DNA from: the human T2T-CHM13v2.0 reference genome, Homo sapiens
Assembly (NCBI RefSeq): GCF_009914755.1
Contig: NC_060946.1
Direction: 5' to 3' (one strand)
DNA: 64,000 bases
The translations under genes and the position numbers were made by a program. Shown here one piece after another: positions 31,445 to 47,097 of this stretch. The notes below the pieces were generated by a model that was not told where the DNA came from, did no database searches, and saw nothing but the letters and a program-made list of their open reading frames with translations. Numbering within the stretch: position 1 is the first letter of the stretch; every line of letters starts with the position of its first letter.

Positions 31445-31496
31445 TGACAAGTTCACTAGATTTTGTCAGTGGAAAAACGTTGAATTAAATATCCAT
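31445..31496 (+). CDS. GRK3: GRK3 exon 7 ((S)[17 protein letters not shown])
   Basis: ctcttttag|TGACAA...ATCCAT|gtgagt; 52 nt. Confidence 0.97.
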
Positions 31497-32216
31497 GTGA
31501 GTATCATCTTTTTCTTTTTTCATTTTTTAAATAAAAACTTCCTCTGGCTTAACCTCATGAGAAAATACTTGATTCTGGAACGTACTCCCAGAGGGTCCAC
31601 TGCCCAAACAGATGTCTGTCTTACAGCTTTAAGTACTAAGCATTCACCCTCCCATGCTTCCTTATAAACAATAGAAGCTTTAATCCTTTTTCATATTCAT
31701 ATGAGAATGTGCTTGTTTATGTAAGATATTTTAAGAGGTAATTGACTCTTTAACAAAAATAGTAGTAAAAATACAAATCTTTTACTTAATATAACTCCTT
31801 CATGTCCTTGCCTTCTGCCATTCTGGTAGAGTTCCTTTTCTTTTTCTTATTATTAGATATAATAATACAAATTGAGTATCATAATGAAAATGATGACATC
31901 TTTTATCAGACCAAGGCTTCATCTTCTTTTTTATCATTTTGAGAGTGATAAAAGCAATCTTCCAATACAGGCCACGTTCTAACACGTCATCTCCTTAGTG
32001 TTTCATCTACTTTAAGTTTTCAATTTCAGTCATTCTTATTGCATCATCCTTATTGCAGTTTGAAAATGCACACATTTCTTTGCACAGTCTTTCTTACATT
32101 CTGTTTTATAATCTCCCTTCTCATAGGCTTGCAATTGGGCAAAACAATCAACCGGAATTTTTTTTTTTTTTTTTTTTTGAGATTTTTTACTTGAATGGTA
32201 TTGTTGGAAGAGGGGC

Positions 32217-32509
<293 letters not shown>

Positions 32510-33585
32510 AGGAGTTTTGTTTTTTTTAAAAATACTTGATCTTCACTAAAAGGCCAAGAAATGATCTATTTTTTTTTTTTTCAATTTCTAACCTCCTTTT
32601 CCCATCATATTTCCTGGAAGGATTTAGAAGCAAGAGGCAATACCAGATACTCTAAAAACCCCTTATATCTGCTCTGGGTCTTTCATACGCTTCTGCCTCG
32701 GGAGACCCTGTGTCCTTGTGGACTCTGAGAATCAAACGTGAAGTCTGTGGCCCAAACGCAGGTTTCTATAGGATGTTTTAAGGTTGTTTGGGGGAGCCCT
32801 TAAAGAATCCCACCCTTAATTTGCCAGGATATGTAAAGTAGTAGGTACTTGCTATTGTCTTACGGCCTCTTACGTGAAATGTCAGATTCACTATCTGTCT
32901 TTGTGCCACTTAACATTATTAAATCTAATGATGAAGTGGGGCATTACTGAGATATTATTGACTGAAGGAAAGTGCTTATGAATACAGCCTCTGTATATAC
33001 TTCACTCACATTTAGCCTTGTTTCACGCTCACATGGCCAGCATGAGTCCTCTCTATTCACTGATGTTACCAATAACAAATTCACATGGCCTGCATCTGTT
33101 GGGTTTCCTGATCATATGGCCTTGTATCATGAACACATAGATGCCCCTGACATGGACTCTCATTTTTCAACTCTGACAGTTCTCGGAAGCATTGGATTGT
33201 TCCCAAACATTAGGCTTCGGAGTAGCTAAGGCTGCTTTTCATTTTGATTAGACATTTCACATTCACTTGTCCTCAAGGTATACATATTGTAATCTGGGAT
33301 TTGTGAGAGTGGAGAAACAGTTCGGCTTGGTTCCACTCCATCATCTTCCCTTGTGCCTCCATTTGGTGCCTCGTTTATCCTGGAGGTGGAGCTGAGGGAG
33401 GCTGTCAAAAGTCTTGCCACCCCTGGGGCATCTCATCCTTCAGCTTAAAGACTCAGTCATGAAAAGGGTAGATCCCTAAGTCAGATTGCTATTTTAATTA
33501 CTGTCTATGTTTTGCATGAAAAAATCTTTAAAACACCATAGCTTTGTGTAATCTTATGTTTTCATTTTGTGTTTGGATTTCCCAG

Positions 33586-33677
33586 TTGACCATGAATGAG
33601 TTCAGTGTGCATAGGATTATTGGACGAGGAGGATTCGGGGAAGTTTATGGTTGCAGGAAAGCAGACACTGGAAAAAT
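33586..33677 (+). CDS. GRK3: GRK3 exon 8 ([30 protein letters not shown](M)); kinase glycine loop
   Basis: tttcccag|TTGACC...AAAAAT|gtaagc; 92 nt. Confidence 0.98.
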
Positions 33678-33816
33678 GTAAGCTTTCAATGCTCTTATGT
33701 TTTACTGGCACTATTAAAATTTTAATATTTGCATGAAAAGAAAATTCCTATAAAGAAATGTGGAAACCTATGACATTTCTTTTGAAGTACTTTACCTCCA
33801 AAAGAAATAAGCTGTA

Positions 33817-34107
33817 GGCCGGGCGTGGTGGCTCACGCCTGTAACCCCAGCACTTTTGGAGGCAGAGGCGGGTGGATCACGAGGTCAGGAGATCAAGACC
33901 ATCCTGGCTAACAGGGTGAAACCCCGTTTCTACTAAAAATACAAAAAATTAGCCGGGCGCAGTGGCGGGCGCCTATAGTCCCAGCTACTCAGGAGGCTGA
34001 GGCAGGAGAATGGCGTGAACCCGGGAGGCAGAGCTTGCAGTGAGCGGAGTTTGCCACTGCACTCTAGCCTGGGCAACAGAGCAAAACTCTGTCTTGGAAA
34101 AAAAAAA
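33817..34107 (+). mobile_element. AluY element
   Basis: TSD aagctgta; AluY diagnostics. Confidence 0.94.
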
Positions 34108-35281
34108 AGCTGTATTTTGTTAAGCATGGGGAATGAGAGCAATAAGCTGGAACCTCCACCTCTTAGGGCCAAATGGGAAGTTCAACAATAACCTTGTATC
34201 CTGTGCCCAAGATGGTGCGGGTTGTGGGTGGGAGCCAGGGAGCCAGAGGTGAACTAGAAGGGATCCTTGACAACTGTGGCATGTTACGTTCAGCCTCCCC
34301 ATCAGATCACATGACAAAGAATTGTTTGCTTTGCAAAAGAGAGACATTCTCTTTTAAATAAAGACTCACCGACGATGAAGTGAAGCATAAGCCGTTGTGG
34401 CATTTCAGATGCTGGTTCGCTAGATCAGTAGCTGGGGTGCTGGAGAGGAGGAAGCCCTGTGGACAATGATCACCGATCATGGGCTCCATCACTCACCTTG
34501 GTTAACGTTTTTCCTGGGAGGTCAGCATTCAGAAACTAACTGCATCTGAGCTGGGTAGAAGGGTCTTCTGGAGAGTGAATGGTGGAATTCTTAAGTGTGG
34601 GGGAACATTTTTTTTTTTAACAGAAGTGGCTTAAGACATATTTCTGAAAGCAAAAGATAGTGGAAAAATATGATTTGATAGATCCAGAACTACAAGTTTG
34701 GTTAAGTGCCAGGCATGTTAGAGCAGTGGGCTTGGTGGAGTAGTATAGTGTGTGAGGCTTGGTTATAAAGTAATTGAGTCCGTGGGAGAAGGGGTGTTTG
34801 AGGCCCCCTAATTCAGTGCCTGCCTCCGGTCAGCCTCTGCTCAGGCACTTCCTGGGATTGGGAGCTGATGGCTTTGCCAAGAAGTCCTTTCCGTTCTCAG
34901 ACAGGTCCAATGGATGATATGTTTTTTGAGGACTGAAATTTACCTTTGTTAATTTGTACCCATTGGTTGTCTTTCTACTCTGGGGGCCTGGGCAGGGCGA
35001 GCCTGATGCCCGGCACTCAGGAGTTTGAAGTCTGGGGTGGTGCCCAAGCAATGTAGCCTAGGGATCTGGAGTAAGGGTCCTGGTATCACACCTGCTACGT
35101 CAGGTTCACCCTCCACACTTTCTGCCTTGGACAAAGTTTGGGACCTCTCAATGCCTCCATCTCCTGGTCTATAAAGTAGGAGTAATAAAAGTGCCTTGTT
35201 ATGAGAATTAAATGAGATTAGACTTTGTCAGGCTTTCGGAAGGCTGCTTGTTGTGTGTTAAGTACAAGGAAATTAGAGTAT

Positions 35282-35389
35282 ACTGAAACACAGTCCTCTG
35301 CAACCCTGGTCAGTTTCACTGAAACACAGTCCTCTGCAACCCTGGTCACTTTCACTGAAACACAGTCCTCTGCAACCCTGGTCACTTTC
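35282..35389. repeat. Minisatellite, 36 bp x 3
   Basis: actgaaacacagtcctctgcaaccctggtca(g/c)tttc at 35282, 35318 and 35354; one mismatch. Confidence 0.97.
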
Positions 35390-35558
35390 TCATGGAAAAG
35401 TTCTTTCTTATTCTGTACTTGCACAGTGCACTTTTTCATCCTAAGTGATATACTCTACTTGTTGCTTGGCACCGTTCATTAATTTCTGCTAGTTTTGCTT
35501 CATAATTGTATTTAGAATATCTAGTCAGACACTTGATGTTATAGAAGTAAATAATATC

Positions 35559-35862
<304 letters not shown>

Positions 35863-36228
35863 TCAACTTATCTCTTTGTACACATTTACTATTTCACATA
35901 ACTCTCAAAAATAGCCAGTGGGTAGTAAATATTCTTCTATTCTATAGATCAAGTGTAGATACTTCTCAGGAGCCATATAGCTAGAAAGGGGTCAAGTCTT
36001 AAGGCCCACGAACCCTCACTCATGTCTGTTCCTGTCACCAGGCTGCCAGTTGCATGCACACTGGCTCTGCGAGCCCATCAGTGAACCACAAGGTGCACCC
36101 CTAGGAGCCTGTTAGGTAGCTCTTTGATACCTTCTAAACAGAGGCCCAAGAATGCACTTGCTTCCCAGAGGCCCGAGGCCTGTGTGCTATCTCCTTTGGT
36201 CTGCAATCTAAAGGTTTTATTAAAAACC

Positions 36229-36573
<345 letters not shown>

Positions 36574-37315
36574 AATCAACTCCACATGGAAGAGAGTGGT
36601 GATAGAGGTAGTGTAAAACATTTTGAAAATTCTTTTAAATAAAAATAAGATATTTGAAGAACATATCACTTCATGTGTTTCTAACATTTGATCCCACATG
36701 TAAGCAAATTAATGTCTTGCCAATTGATTTGTTGTAAGAACTCGTAGAAAAGTGGATAAAAACACCAAATTTGAACATTTATCTTGTTTTTATATAACTT
36801 AAACATGATAAGTTATGATCAACAAGAAAAAGGTAGATTTTCTGTGTCTGCTACACTGAGACAGTGTCCATGCTGCAGATCCGGGCTGAAGGAAGTAGTC
36901 CATCATCTGGGAATTTAGAGTTATACACAAGAACTTTCAGCCTGTGAAACGTGTGAAAACACTTGCAAGAATTCCCTTTTAGCCTTCTGTTGTCCTACCG
37001 AAAAAGCTTCCTGTTTTCTATAGAATATGCCATATAACTTGTCTGCATTTTCTAAATATGAGTTTGTTCCAGGTTTTCAAAAATCTTAAGTTGCCAATTG
37101 GTTCTTCTCAATTGACTTGCCTCAATGATAGTAGAAAAATCTTATTGATTCTTTGTATTATTTAAAACGTCATAACTTAAATATCAAAATTAAATCAATA
37201 AAATAGCATTTTAGGACATGCTGTTTTGAATTCATGCCTTCCCTTTCCATTTTGTTGATCATCACTGTTTTAGATTCTTAACCTCTATAAACTCTTATAA
37301 AAATTGACCACTGCT

Positions 37316-37625
37316 GGCCGGGCACGGTGGCTCATGCCTGTAATCCCAGCCCTTTGGGAGGCTGAGGTGGGCGGATCATGAGGTCAGGAGATCGAGACCA
37401 TCCTGGCTAACACGGTGAAACCCCATCTCTACTAAAAATACAAAAAAATTAGCCGGTCATGGTGGCGGGCGCCTGTAGTCCCAGCTACTTGGAAGGCTGA
37501 GACAGGAGAATGGTGTGAACCCGGAAGGTGGAGCTTGAAGTGAGCTGGATCGTGCCACTGCACTCCAGCCTGGGCAACAGAGTGAGACTCTGTCTCAAAA
37601 AAAAACAAAAAACAAAAAACAAACA
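37316..37625 (+). mobile_element. AluY element
   Basis: TSD aattgacca(c/t)tgctg. Confidence 0.94.
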
Positions 37626-37958
37626 ATTGACCATTGCTGAATTCACAATTCCTAGCTGCTAAATATATACATATGCCCTTATTAGTCATAATAAAATTAT
37701 TTATGTCCATCTACTTTATCATTTATTTAACTGGGACTTCTATCCATTTAATGATACAAATATCTTTTAAGTATTGCTTGATTTTGTTTTCACAATACAT
37801 GCAAAATAAAAATACTTCTTGCATGGCGCTTGGGTATTACTCTGCTTCTTTTAAACATGGCCTAAATGTTCAGAAACTTGCCCCAGAGTGACATATATTG
37901 TTTAAATTAGTCTAGATATATTTACGGCATAGATTTTTCAATAAATTTATGTTTCTAG

Positions 37959-38058
37959 GTATGCAATGAAATGCTTAGATAAGAAGAGGATCAAAATGAA
38001 ACAAGGAGAAACATTAGCCTTAAATGAAAGAATCATGTTGTCTCTTGTCAGCACAGGA
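37959..38058 (+). CDS. GRK3: GRK3 exon 9 ((M)[33 protein letters not shown]); catalytic Lys and alphaC Glu
   Basis: gtttctag|GTATGC...ACAGGA|gtaagt; 100 nt. Confidence 0.98.
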
Positions 38059-41000
38059 GTAAGTATTCAATTTCCAGCATTTCTTTTAAAAATGTTTTGT
38101 TTGTTTCATAGCAGGATGATTTATTATTTTTCCTTCTAGCTGATTGCAAGGCCAGTGAGTTCTTGGGTGGGTTAGAATCTGATAGTATCTCTTTATTTGA
38201 TTTTGCAAGTTAGAAGAACACCAGCCACCTCCATTATGCACACCCATGGCTTCTCCGTTTAGTGCCTATTTATTTGTCCTTGACTTCCTTCTTTGCAGAA
38301 TATGGTAGTAGAGATGGCAGAAAATAATGATAGCCAGAAAAATCACTGGAATATAGTCAAGACCTGACTAAACGACTGGCAAGAAGGACTAACCTAGAGG
38401 GGAAAAGTAAGAGAAAAGTGGCTTCTGTCCTTCAGAAGCGAATCGAGAGAAGCGACTTGGATTACTCACATCCGAATTGTCCTTTTGAGATTGTCCCTAG
38501 TCAGCGTTTCACTGGAAGGTGATCTTACCTGCCTCTCACTACCTGCTACTCTGTTTATCAGCCTTTCCATTTCTAGCACCATATTTCTACTTATTGGACA
38601 CTTTCTTTGTATATTAAGCTATCATTTTTAGCTCAACATGTGTGACCCCACTTTTACCCTACATCTTCTTTACTTACTAAATAGCTGCCCATTCCAATTT
38701 CTTTTTCTGTTAATGGTATTACCCAAGATCAAAACCTCAGCTTTTATGTGTCTGTACAGATGCCAGTGTATGTGAAGACACATCCAAAAAACCCGTCCTC
38801 TCAGTACCCTGTTACAGCGTGTGTGCACTGGTATGGCTGTGACCTGGTGTTCAGAGTGGGTTAGGGAGTCAGGACAGAGAGGGAGAGGCATGGGGTGAGC
38901 GTGGAGGGGCCAGACACTAACTAACTGTGTACCCCACATGTGAATGAAACCGTAGATACTCCAGCCAGGAAGGTTTATATTCAGTGAGAAATGTGCGAGA
39001 CTTCTAGATCCCATGGCTGGATTTTAAGTAAGGTCTTCACCAAAAGGATCTGAAAAAACCAAATTTTAGTGGGTAATGAAAGAATCCCTTTCAACTGCTG
39101 AGCAAGTAACCTGAGACCTAGAGAGGTTAATTTCCTTCCCCAAATCTCTAGACTTTTTGGCCAGTGCTCCTTTTATCATCACTTTATAGGCTGTATGTTT
39201 TTTCGTTTGTCACCTGTATTTATTGTATTATGGTTTATATTATTCTGTCATTAAAGTGTTTCTGGAAGAGGTATTTGCTATTGAAGCAAAAGAATAGCAT
39301 AATGTAGCTAAGTTACAACAAATGGAAACCCCATAGCCATAAATAATTTCTAATTATGTGCCTTGACCTCCCACTGTATGGGCATTAAGCATTTCAAATA
39401 AGAGTTGCTTTGTGTGTGTGACCAAGTTTTTAACTGATGAGAATGGAAACCAAGCATCCTGCATACTCTGTTGGAGTCAGTGTGAATGGCATTGGCTTTT
39501 AATTTCTATTGGAAATGTCTGTATCCTAAATTTCAAACGTGGATGTGAGTACTGGATGAAGATTTTAAGTGGTTATTAAAATATTAATTTTCAGTGAGTT
39601 ATCTCAAAGCCTTGGATATTTATTCTCAAGAAAGCCTATAGAAAATAAACGTTTTAATGTTGGAAAAACATAAGTATAGTTTTCATGTAATATTTTTATA
39701 TTGATTTGACTCAGGTGAGAGGAGATGTGGTTAAGTGGTTGTGTAGTTTCTCACTGGTGTAACCCTAAAAGAGTAAATTAAAAAATTAGGGTTATTTTGG
39801 GCTATCACTTTGAACTAATTTAAAAGAATTATTTGTATTTTATTTAGATATCAAAACTGTATGGTATTTTTAAAATTTATAAATGCATAATTTAACAAAA
39901 ATAATTATAGTAAAGTTATTTGGAATTGTTTTTGCTAATCAGGGGATACTTTCTATAGTTTTTAATAAAACTTAGTTGAAAATACCCTCATTAAGTGAAG
40001 CTTTTGATCAGACTGTATCGGCAGGCTTTCCCGTATTGTGGACATGTAACTGAAATGCATTCACTCACCACAGTTTTCTTTTTACTGGAAGGTTTTTTTT
40101 TTTTTTTAATCTCAACTTGAGTATTCCTACCCATCTCCCCAAAAGACAGTAGGAAGTACTGTTCCCGGTTTTCTTCTGTAATTCTCAGATGGCAAAAAAG
40201 GAAATATGCATGTTGGAGAACCAGCATAAGCGTGTCCACAGCTGTGAAGAGCAGTCAGCAATTCATCCAGTCAGTCATTTAAGTTCCTCAGAAGCGTGAC
40301 TCATTTATTCCCTGAACCACAGTTGAGGATTTAGGTTGAACCAGGCACTCTGCGGCAAGCTGGGACTGTGGTCCCAGTTCTTAGTTCTCATACAGCTGCA
40401 TGGAAAGGGAAAAGATGTATTATTCAAATGATGACGGAAATGTATGGACAACTGGGACCTGTGGCAAGAGCTATGGAAGACAGGCACACAGTGCTCGGAA
40501 GGCCTTTCGCAGGGTGGAGATGGGGTCAGCGAATGCCTTTCTGAAGTTGGGGGTTACCTGGAGAGGAGCCAGTGCACGTGGCTCCTCTGAGCCCAGGCAC
40601 GTGAGGTTGGGGGAATCAGATGAGGGGCCAGGGTCTGCGGTGGTGGGGGGAGTCGTGCAAGACAAAGCTGGAGAGAGACATGAAGGCCAGGCCAGACCGT
40701 GAAGGGCATCGCCGGCCGATCTTGAGGAGCCTAAATGATCTGACTGCAGTTAGAAACCAAGTGTTTTAACTAGAGAGAGACCATAATCAGCCTTGCAGTT
40801 CACAAAGATTGCTCCGGCTGCAGTGTGGAGGATTTTCTTCAACAACGACTTCATGGTCCTGTTTTATCACAGTTTTTTTATGGCGAGTTCCTGCAAAATG
40901 TAAGCTATTTTGTTGACTTTTAGTAGGAAATCAAAGTAGACAGTTCCTTGCTCAAGAGTTTTACTTAATGGTCTACTTCTAAAAATCCACTTTTATTCTG

Positions 41001-41849
41001 ACTTGTAATCAAGGCAGGCCGTCTTATCCATAATTATCCTTGGAACTGTATCCCACCCTTCATTAAATTGCCACTTATTTTTTCATATTGGTCAGTATTC
41101 GGTTGTGTCCTGGACTCCACATGAAACCCATTATAGTGTCTGTTCAGCACCCCGAGAGGTGAGGGTTGCAGTAACTGATTTCTGTAGAGATAACCACATC
41201 TGATTCCTTCACCTGCGTGTTTATTTTACATCGAGTCAAAGATAAATATAGTTGGACTTTAGTTAAAGCATTTATTTGGTAATTAAAACAGCATTTATTT
41301 GGTAATGACTAGACAGTAAGAGAAATAATGGAGCTCCATTCTGACTTGTGCAGAGGTGACCGGATGTTTTAAAGGGACAGTGGCCTGTGGAGTGCAATGC
41401 GGGCTGGAGCAGAGTCAAGGAAGTGAAGAATTTTACAATGCAGGAAGGGGCATGGTCCATATGGGACCCATCTGGGTTTGCTAACTGGGACTTATCCAAG
41501 TTAGACTCCTACCCTCCCATGGAGGCTCGGAGATAGGGGCTCTATCTTTGAGTGTTTGCTGGAACAAATAAAAATTCTTTGGGAAGCCTTGATTTCTCTG
41601 AGGCAGTCATTTTAAGGGGGGCTGAGCCTCCTAGGGATGTGGTCTTGAGCTGTTAGCTTTAACAATGCAAATTCTGTTTACAGATTATGTTGAAATTTGA
41701 ACATTTTCTTTGGAATTTAATAATTTTTTGTGTTCGTTAAGAAACAAGATATAGACAATCTAGGCCATTTTAAAAACTGAATCAGTTTAGTGACAAGTAT
41801 ACACTTTATGTAAAGAATCTAAGTGGATTTCATAGATAAAATAGATCTA

Positions 41850-43590
41850 AATAGAGCTAATAGATCTAGCATAGCACTGATGAATTTTCATAAGGGAATA
41901 CACGCATCTCCGGCACCCAGATCAAGAGACGGAAAGTTACCAGTATTCTAGAAATCTCTTTGTGCCTCTCCCAGTCACTAACCCTGCACCCAACTTAACT
42001 ACTACCCAGATTTCTAACAGCATATTTTAGCTTTGCAAATTGTGTTTGAACTTTATAAATGTGCCCTTCTGTGTTTGGCTTCTCTCACTCCATGTTGCTT
42101 ACAAGATTCATCTGTGGTGTTGCCCACGGCTGTAACTCCCTCCTGTAGCTGTGCAGCAGAGGTCAGAAAGCCAGGTGTGGCTCAGGCCAAGTCTAGCTTG
42201 TTGGCCTTATTTTATAGAGCCCATTACCTAAGAATGGTTTTTACATTTTTAAAGGATTGTAAAGAAAATAAGCAAAGAATAATAGATGACAGAGATTATA
42301 TGCGGCCTGCAAGGCCTAAAATATTTACTTTTTAGCCCTTTGCAGAAAACATTTGCTGATCCATGATCTATATGGCATTCTAGTGTATAAATATACCATA
42401 CTATCCATTCTACTGTTGGTAGACATTGGGGTTATTTCCTGGCTTGTGCTATTTTGAATGATGCTGTTTTGAATATTCTTGTCCAGGTATCTTGGTGCAC
42501 ATAAGTACAGATTGCTATTAGATGTCTACCTGGGAGTGAAATCACTATGTCAGAAAGCTTGCAAGTGACACTCAGCCTTGGTAGATATCACCAAATGGGT
42601 TGCTAAAGTGGCTGCACCATTCGTTGTACACTTCCAGTGGCCATATATGAAAGTTCTATTCACTGTATATCTTCCCAGCACTCAGTATCGTCAGTGTTTT
42701 TCTTTTTAGCTGTTCTCGTGGGTTTAGTGATGGCATATTGTAGTTTTAATTTGCGTTACCTTGGAGACATCGAGGTTGAGCATCTGTTCATTAGTTTGGG
42801 GGCTATGTGGTATCCTCTTACGTGAATTGCCTATTTTTTTTCCCCATTTTTCTGGGGGTTGGTTGACTTTTTTAAGTTGATTTTTTAAAGTTCTTTGTAT
42901 ATTATAGATATGAGTCCTTTGTGTATTTATGGGTTGCATATATCTTCTCCCATCCTGTGGCTTGTCTTTTTACTCTGTTAATGGTATCCTCTGATGAATA
43001 GAAGTTCTTAATTTTATTTTAGTCTAATTAACATTTTTATTGTTACTGCCTTTTGTGGCCTAAGAAATCTTTACTTACCCTAAGATCATGAAGATATTCT
43101 CTTTTGTTTTCTTCTGGAAGCTTTATTGTTTTATCTTTTACACTTAAATCTACATCAGCTGGAAATGGCTGTAGCGTATGGTGTGAGGCAGGGGTCAAGG
43201 TTCATATTTTATTGTACAGATATTCAGTTGCTCCAGCACCACTGATTGAATAGACCTTCCTTTCCCCAGGCCCTGTTGTGTCACCTTAATAACAAATCAA
43301 GTGACCATTTATGTGTGGGCCTATTTTGGATTCCCTTTTCCATTTCATTGGTCTACTTGTCTGTCCTTGGGCTAATACCACACTGTCTGAATTACTGTTG
43401 CTTTCTAATAAGTCTTGATATCTGGTCCTGTAAGTTTTCCAGCTTTGTTTGTATTCAAGAATATTGGAACTTTCCTTGACTGTTTACATTTACATATATT
43501 TTAGAATCCAACTTGTCAATTTTCATTTCAATTAAGATTGCATGGCATCTATAGCTTAATTAGGGGAACACTGAAATCTTTACAATTGAG
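41850..43590 (-). mobile_element. Old L1ME/MB 3' region, interrupted by MER58A
   Basis: Antisense L1 text: gatattcagttgctccagcacc..attgaatagaccttcctttcccc. Confidence 0.75.
42157..42365 (+). mobile_element. MER58A (hAT-Charlie)
   Basis: gcctgcaaggcctaaaatatttactttttagccctttgcagaaaacatttgctgatcc. Confidence 0.75.
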
Positions 43591-43974
43591 TTATTGAGTC
43601 CTTGGTCATGATAATAGTTTTCCACTTTCAAAAGCTAATTTAATTCCATTTTTATTCTCAGTGTTTCAAAACAACGCCACAAATAACATTCCTCCCTCCC
43701 TGACCCGTGCTGTGATTCCATTAACTTCAGAAGCAGAGATTGAAATGGGTATTTGAATAGCCAGAAACAAAATGTTGACCAGCAAAAAGCCTGGCAAGAT
43801 GGTGATATGTTTCTGTATCTAGCCTTTTGAAGAGGATATAATTAGGATAGAGACATGATTGAATCCAAGCAAGAAAGGACCTTCAAGGTCATCTGCTCCA
43901 ATTATTAATGTTGTGTCTCTATGCATTTTATTATGTAACCAGCTCCATTTTACTGTGACTTTAAAAATTACCAT

Positions 43975-44225
43975 ATAGGTGTTGGTGCTCAATGCATGGG
44001 GTGGCAGCTTGGATAAAAACCCACAGCATATATTGTATATTAAAAAATAGCAAGAAGAGAGACTTTTGAAGGTTCTCACCACAAAGAAGTGATAATGTGT
44101 GAAGTGATGGATACACTAACTACCCTGATTAGATCATTATACAACATAGATATGTGTCAAAACATCAAACTGTACACCATAAATATGTACAATTGCAATG
44201 TGTCAATTAAAAAATAAAGTAATTT
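43975..44225 (+). mobile_element. L1MA 3' end
   Basis: ttctcaccacaaagaagtgataatgtgtgaagtgatgga..ccataaatatgtacaatt..aaaataaa. Confidence 0.8.
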
Positions 44226-44312
44226 TAAAAATATGTAGCATGGTGTTTGGTGGTAGATGTGCTTTCTAGGCAGCTTTTGCTCTTCTTATAAACTTTTATT
44301 GTTTCACTCTAG

Positions 44313-44391
44313 GACTGTCCTTTCATTGTATGTATGACCTATGCCTTCCATACCCCAGATAAACTCTGCTTCATCCTGGATCTGATGAACG
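44313..44391 (+). CDS. GRK3: GRK3 exon 10 ([26 protein letters not shown](G))
   Basis: cactctag|GACTGT...TGAACG|gtaagc; 79 nt. Confidence 0.98.
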
Positions 44392-45081
44392 GTAAGCAAA
44401 ACTTGGAAAATCTGAATGCCTTGAAAGACTTTGCCATGATGTTAAATCTTAGCATGCATTAATCTAGGCAGACTGGCAATGTGGGTCTTTCAGGTAATTA
44501 GGTTCCCCCTGAAGTTTGAGGAAACCTTTTACCCTTTAATCTTCACTGAAAATTCATTTTTCAATGTTGACTGCAACGTCCTTCTGGGCCTCCCAGTCTC
44601 TTCCCAAGAAAAGATTCTAGAAAAGATTATCATGAAATACTTACAGTGAAACTTGATTTTCTGGAATGCAGCTGGCCTAGATCTTTAATTAGCTTATTTC
44701 CTGGCCCTCAACTTTTAGGAATGAAATACCTCATAAGAATATAGGCCAAAGATAGAAATGTATTTAAAAACCAACTTTGAAGGACTGACTTTGGGCCAAG
44801 TACAGATTTTAGCCCAATCTTCTGCACCTTCTAAATCTGCACTACTGTACATTGATCTTTTAAACTGTGGATGATGACTTTGAAAATGCTGGAAAACGTT
44901 CAGCTAGAAAAGGAGCTTTCTGATACTAGAAGGTGTCATGGTATATATCTAAAGTATTTTTAGTAACAAGAACTGAAATAAAGCATACAATTCACAACTC
45001 ACATGCCTAGTTTTTTTTTTTTTTTTTTAAGTTCACTTGAAGTTTTATCATGTTCTGAGTGTTTGATTTAAAACCAGATCT

Positions 45082-45411
<330 letters not shown>

Positions 45412-45965
45412 TCACAGCGTAATAATGAGCAAAAGAAGCCAAACACCAAACACAGCAGCATCTACCCTAGGTAACCCTGCTTATGTGACTGCCAAAACAG
45501 GCAAAACTAATGGATGGGGAGAGAGGCCTTAAAAGTGGCCTTTGTGTGAGTGGGGCTTGGGGGTAAGGTCTTGACTGAAAGGGCATAGTGGTAGGGGAGC
45601 TTTTGGGATGCTGGGCATCTTTTCCATCTTGATGTGGTGGTGGTTTTACAGGAATATGTGTATGGAGAGAGAAATATGCTTGCGAAAGCAAGGGTAATAA
45701 AGTTGGACACACATTCATTTTTATAAATCAATAGAGGCTTTTCCCTTGTATTTTATAAAATCATTCCCTTACCCTGTTGACAGCATTCTCTGTCTGTGTA
45801 ATTTGAGGCCATCTGATAATTTCCTTTCTCCAGCGTTTTATTATGAAAAATTTCAAGCAGATAGCAACATTGAAAGAATTTTCCTGGGGACACCCACCAC
45901 CTGGATTTTTTATCAGTGAAAATTTTACTGTATGTGCTTTGTCAAATATCTGTCTGTATGATCAG

Positions 45966-46320
<355 letters not shown>

Positions 46321-46679
46321 TAAGCTGTCTGTTGGATCACTCCATGGGTTGATTCACTTACTAGGATTTAGGTAATCAAAGCAGGTTAGCTAGTCCCACC
46401 TTGTGAGAGCAGAACTAGAAGCTGAGCTGTCAGCCTGAGAATGGTGGCTTGGTTTTGCTGTCTTGTCCTTCCTGTCATTGTATTTAAATCTTCTCAATGT
46501 TTAAGTTTTCTCTATAACATTTAAGCTGTTGCTAAACTACAGGAATGAAACATAGGTATATAGACCAAGCAGAAGCATAGTTTCCCTTTTTCTGCTGAGT
46601 CCTGACTATTTAGGATGACAATGATATTTGTTTCCTTTAAATTAACATGCTTTGAATTAAATTCTGAATCTGATTCCAG

Positions 46680-46810
46680 GGGGCGATTTGCACTACCACC
46701 TTTCACAACACGGTGTGTTCTCTGAGAAGGAGATGCGGTTTTATGCCACTGAAATCATTCTGGGTCTGGAACACATGCACAATCGGTTTGTTGTCTACAG
46801 AGATTTGAAG
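46680..46810 (+). CDS. GRK3: GRK3 exon 11 ((G)[43 protein letters not shown])
   Basis: gattccag|GGGGCG...TTGAAG|gtgagg; 131 nt; overlaps ORF-track entry 46688..46966. Confidence 0.98.
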
Positions 46811-47097
46811 GTGAGGACGATTGACAGACTCATTCTGCATAGTAGGTATTGTGTGAATGGTCCTCTAGAAGTCCCCTTCTATTTCATAGAGTCCTGTCAT
46901 TTTCCTCATAGCCCTCATCTCAGCCCTGATGAAGTCATTAGCTATATGACATTTTATCTCCTCTAGACCAGACTCTGCGGGGACGGAGCGCATGTCTGTC
47001 CCTGTCATTATTATAACCCTGGTGCCTACTACAGTGCCTGCTGCAGCACGTATACTAAGCCAAATATTTAGTTGATTAGTTAATGAAAAGCAATTTA

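Noticed and set aside
35282-35389. 36-bp repeats resembling a CRISPR array; repetitive ORFs 35218..35439 and 35225..35482
   Set aside because: Units are head-to-tail with no spacers and the context is a primate intron. The ORFs arise because the unit length is a multiple of 3.
41267-41306. 17-bp direct repeat agcatttatttggtaat; similar short duplication near 3236-3278
   Set aside because: Ordinary slippage-type micro-duplications with no further structure.
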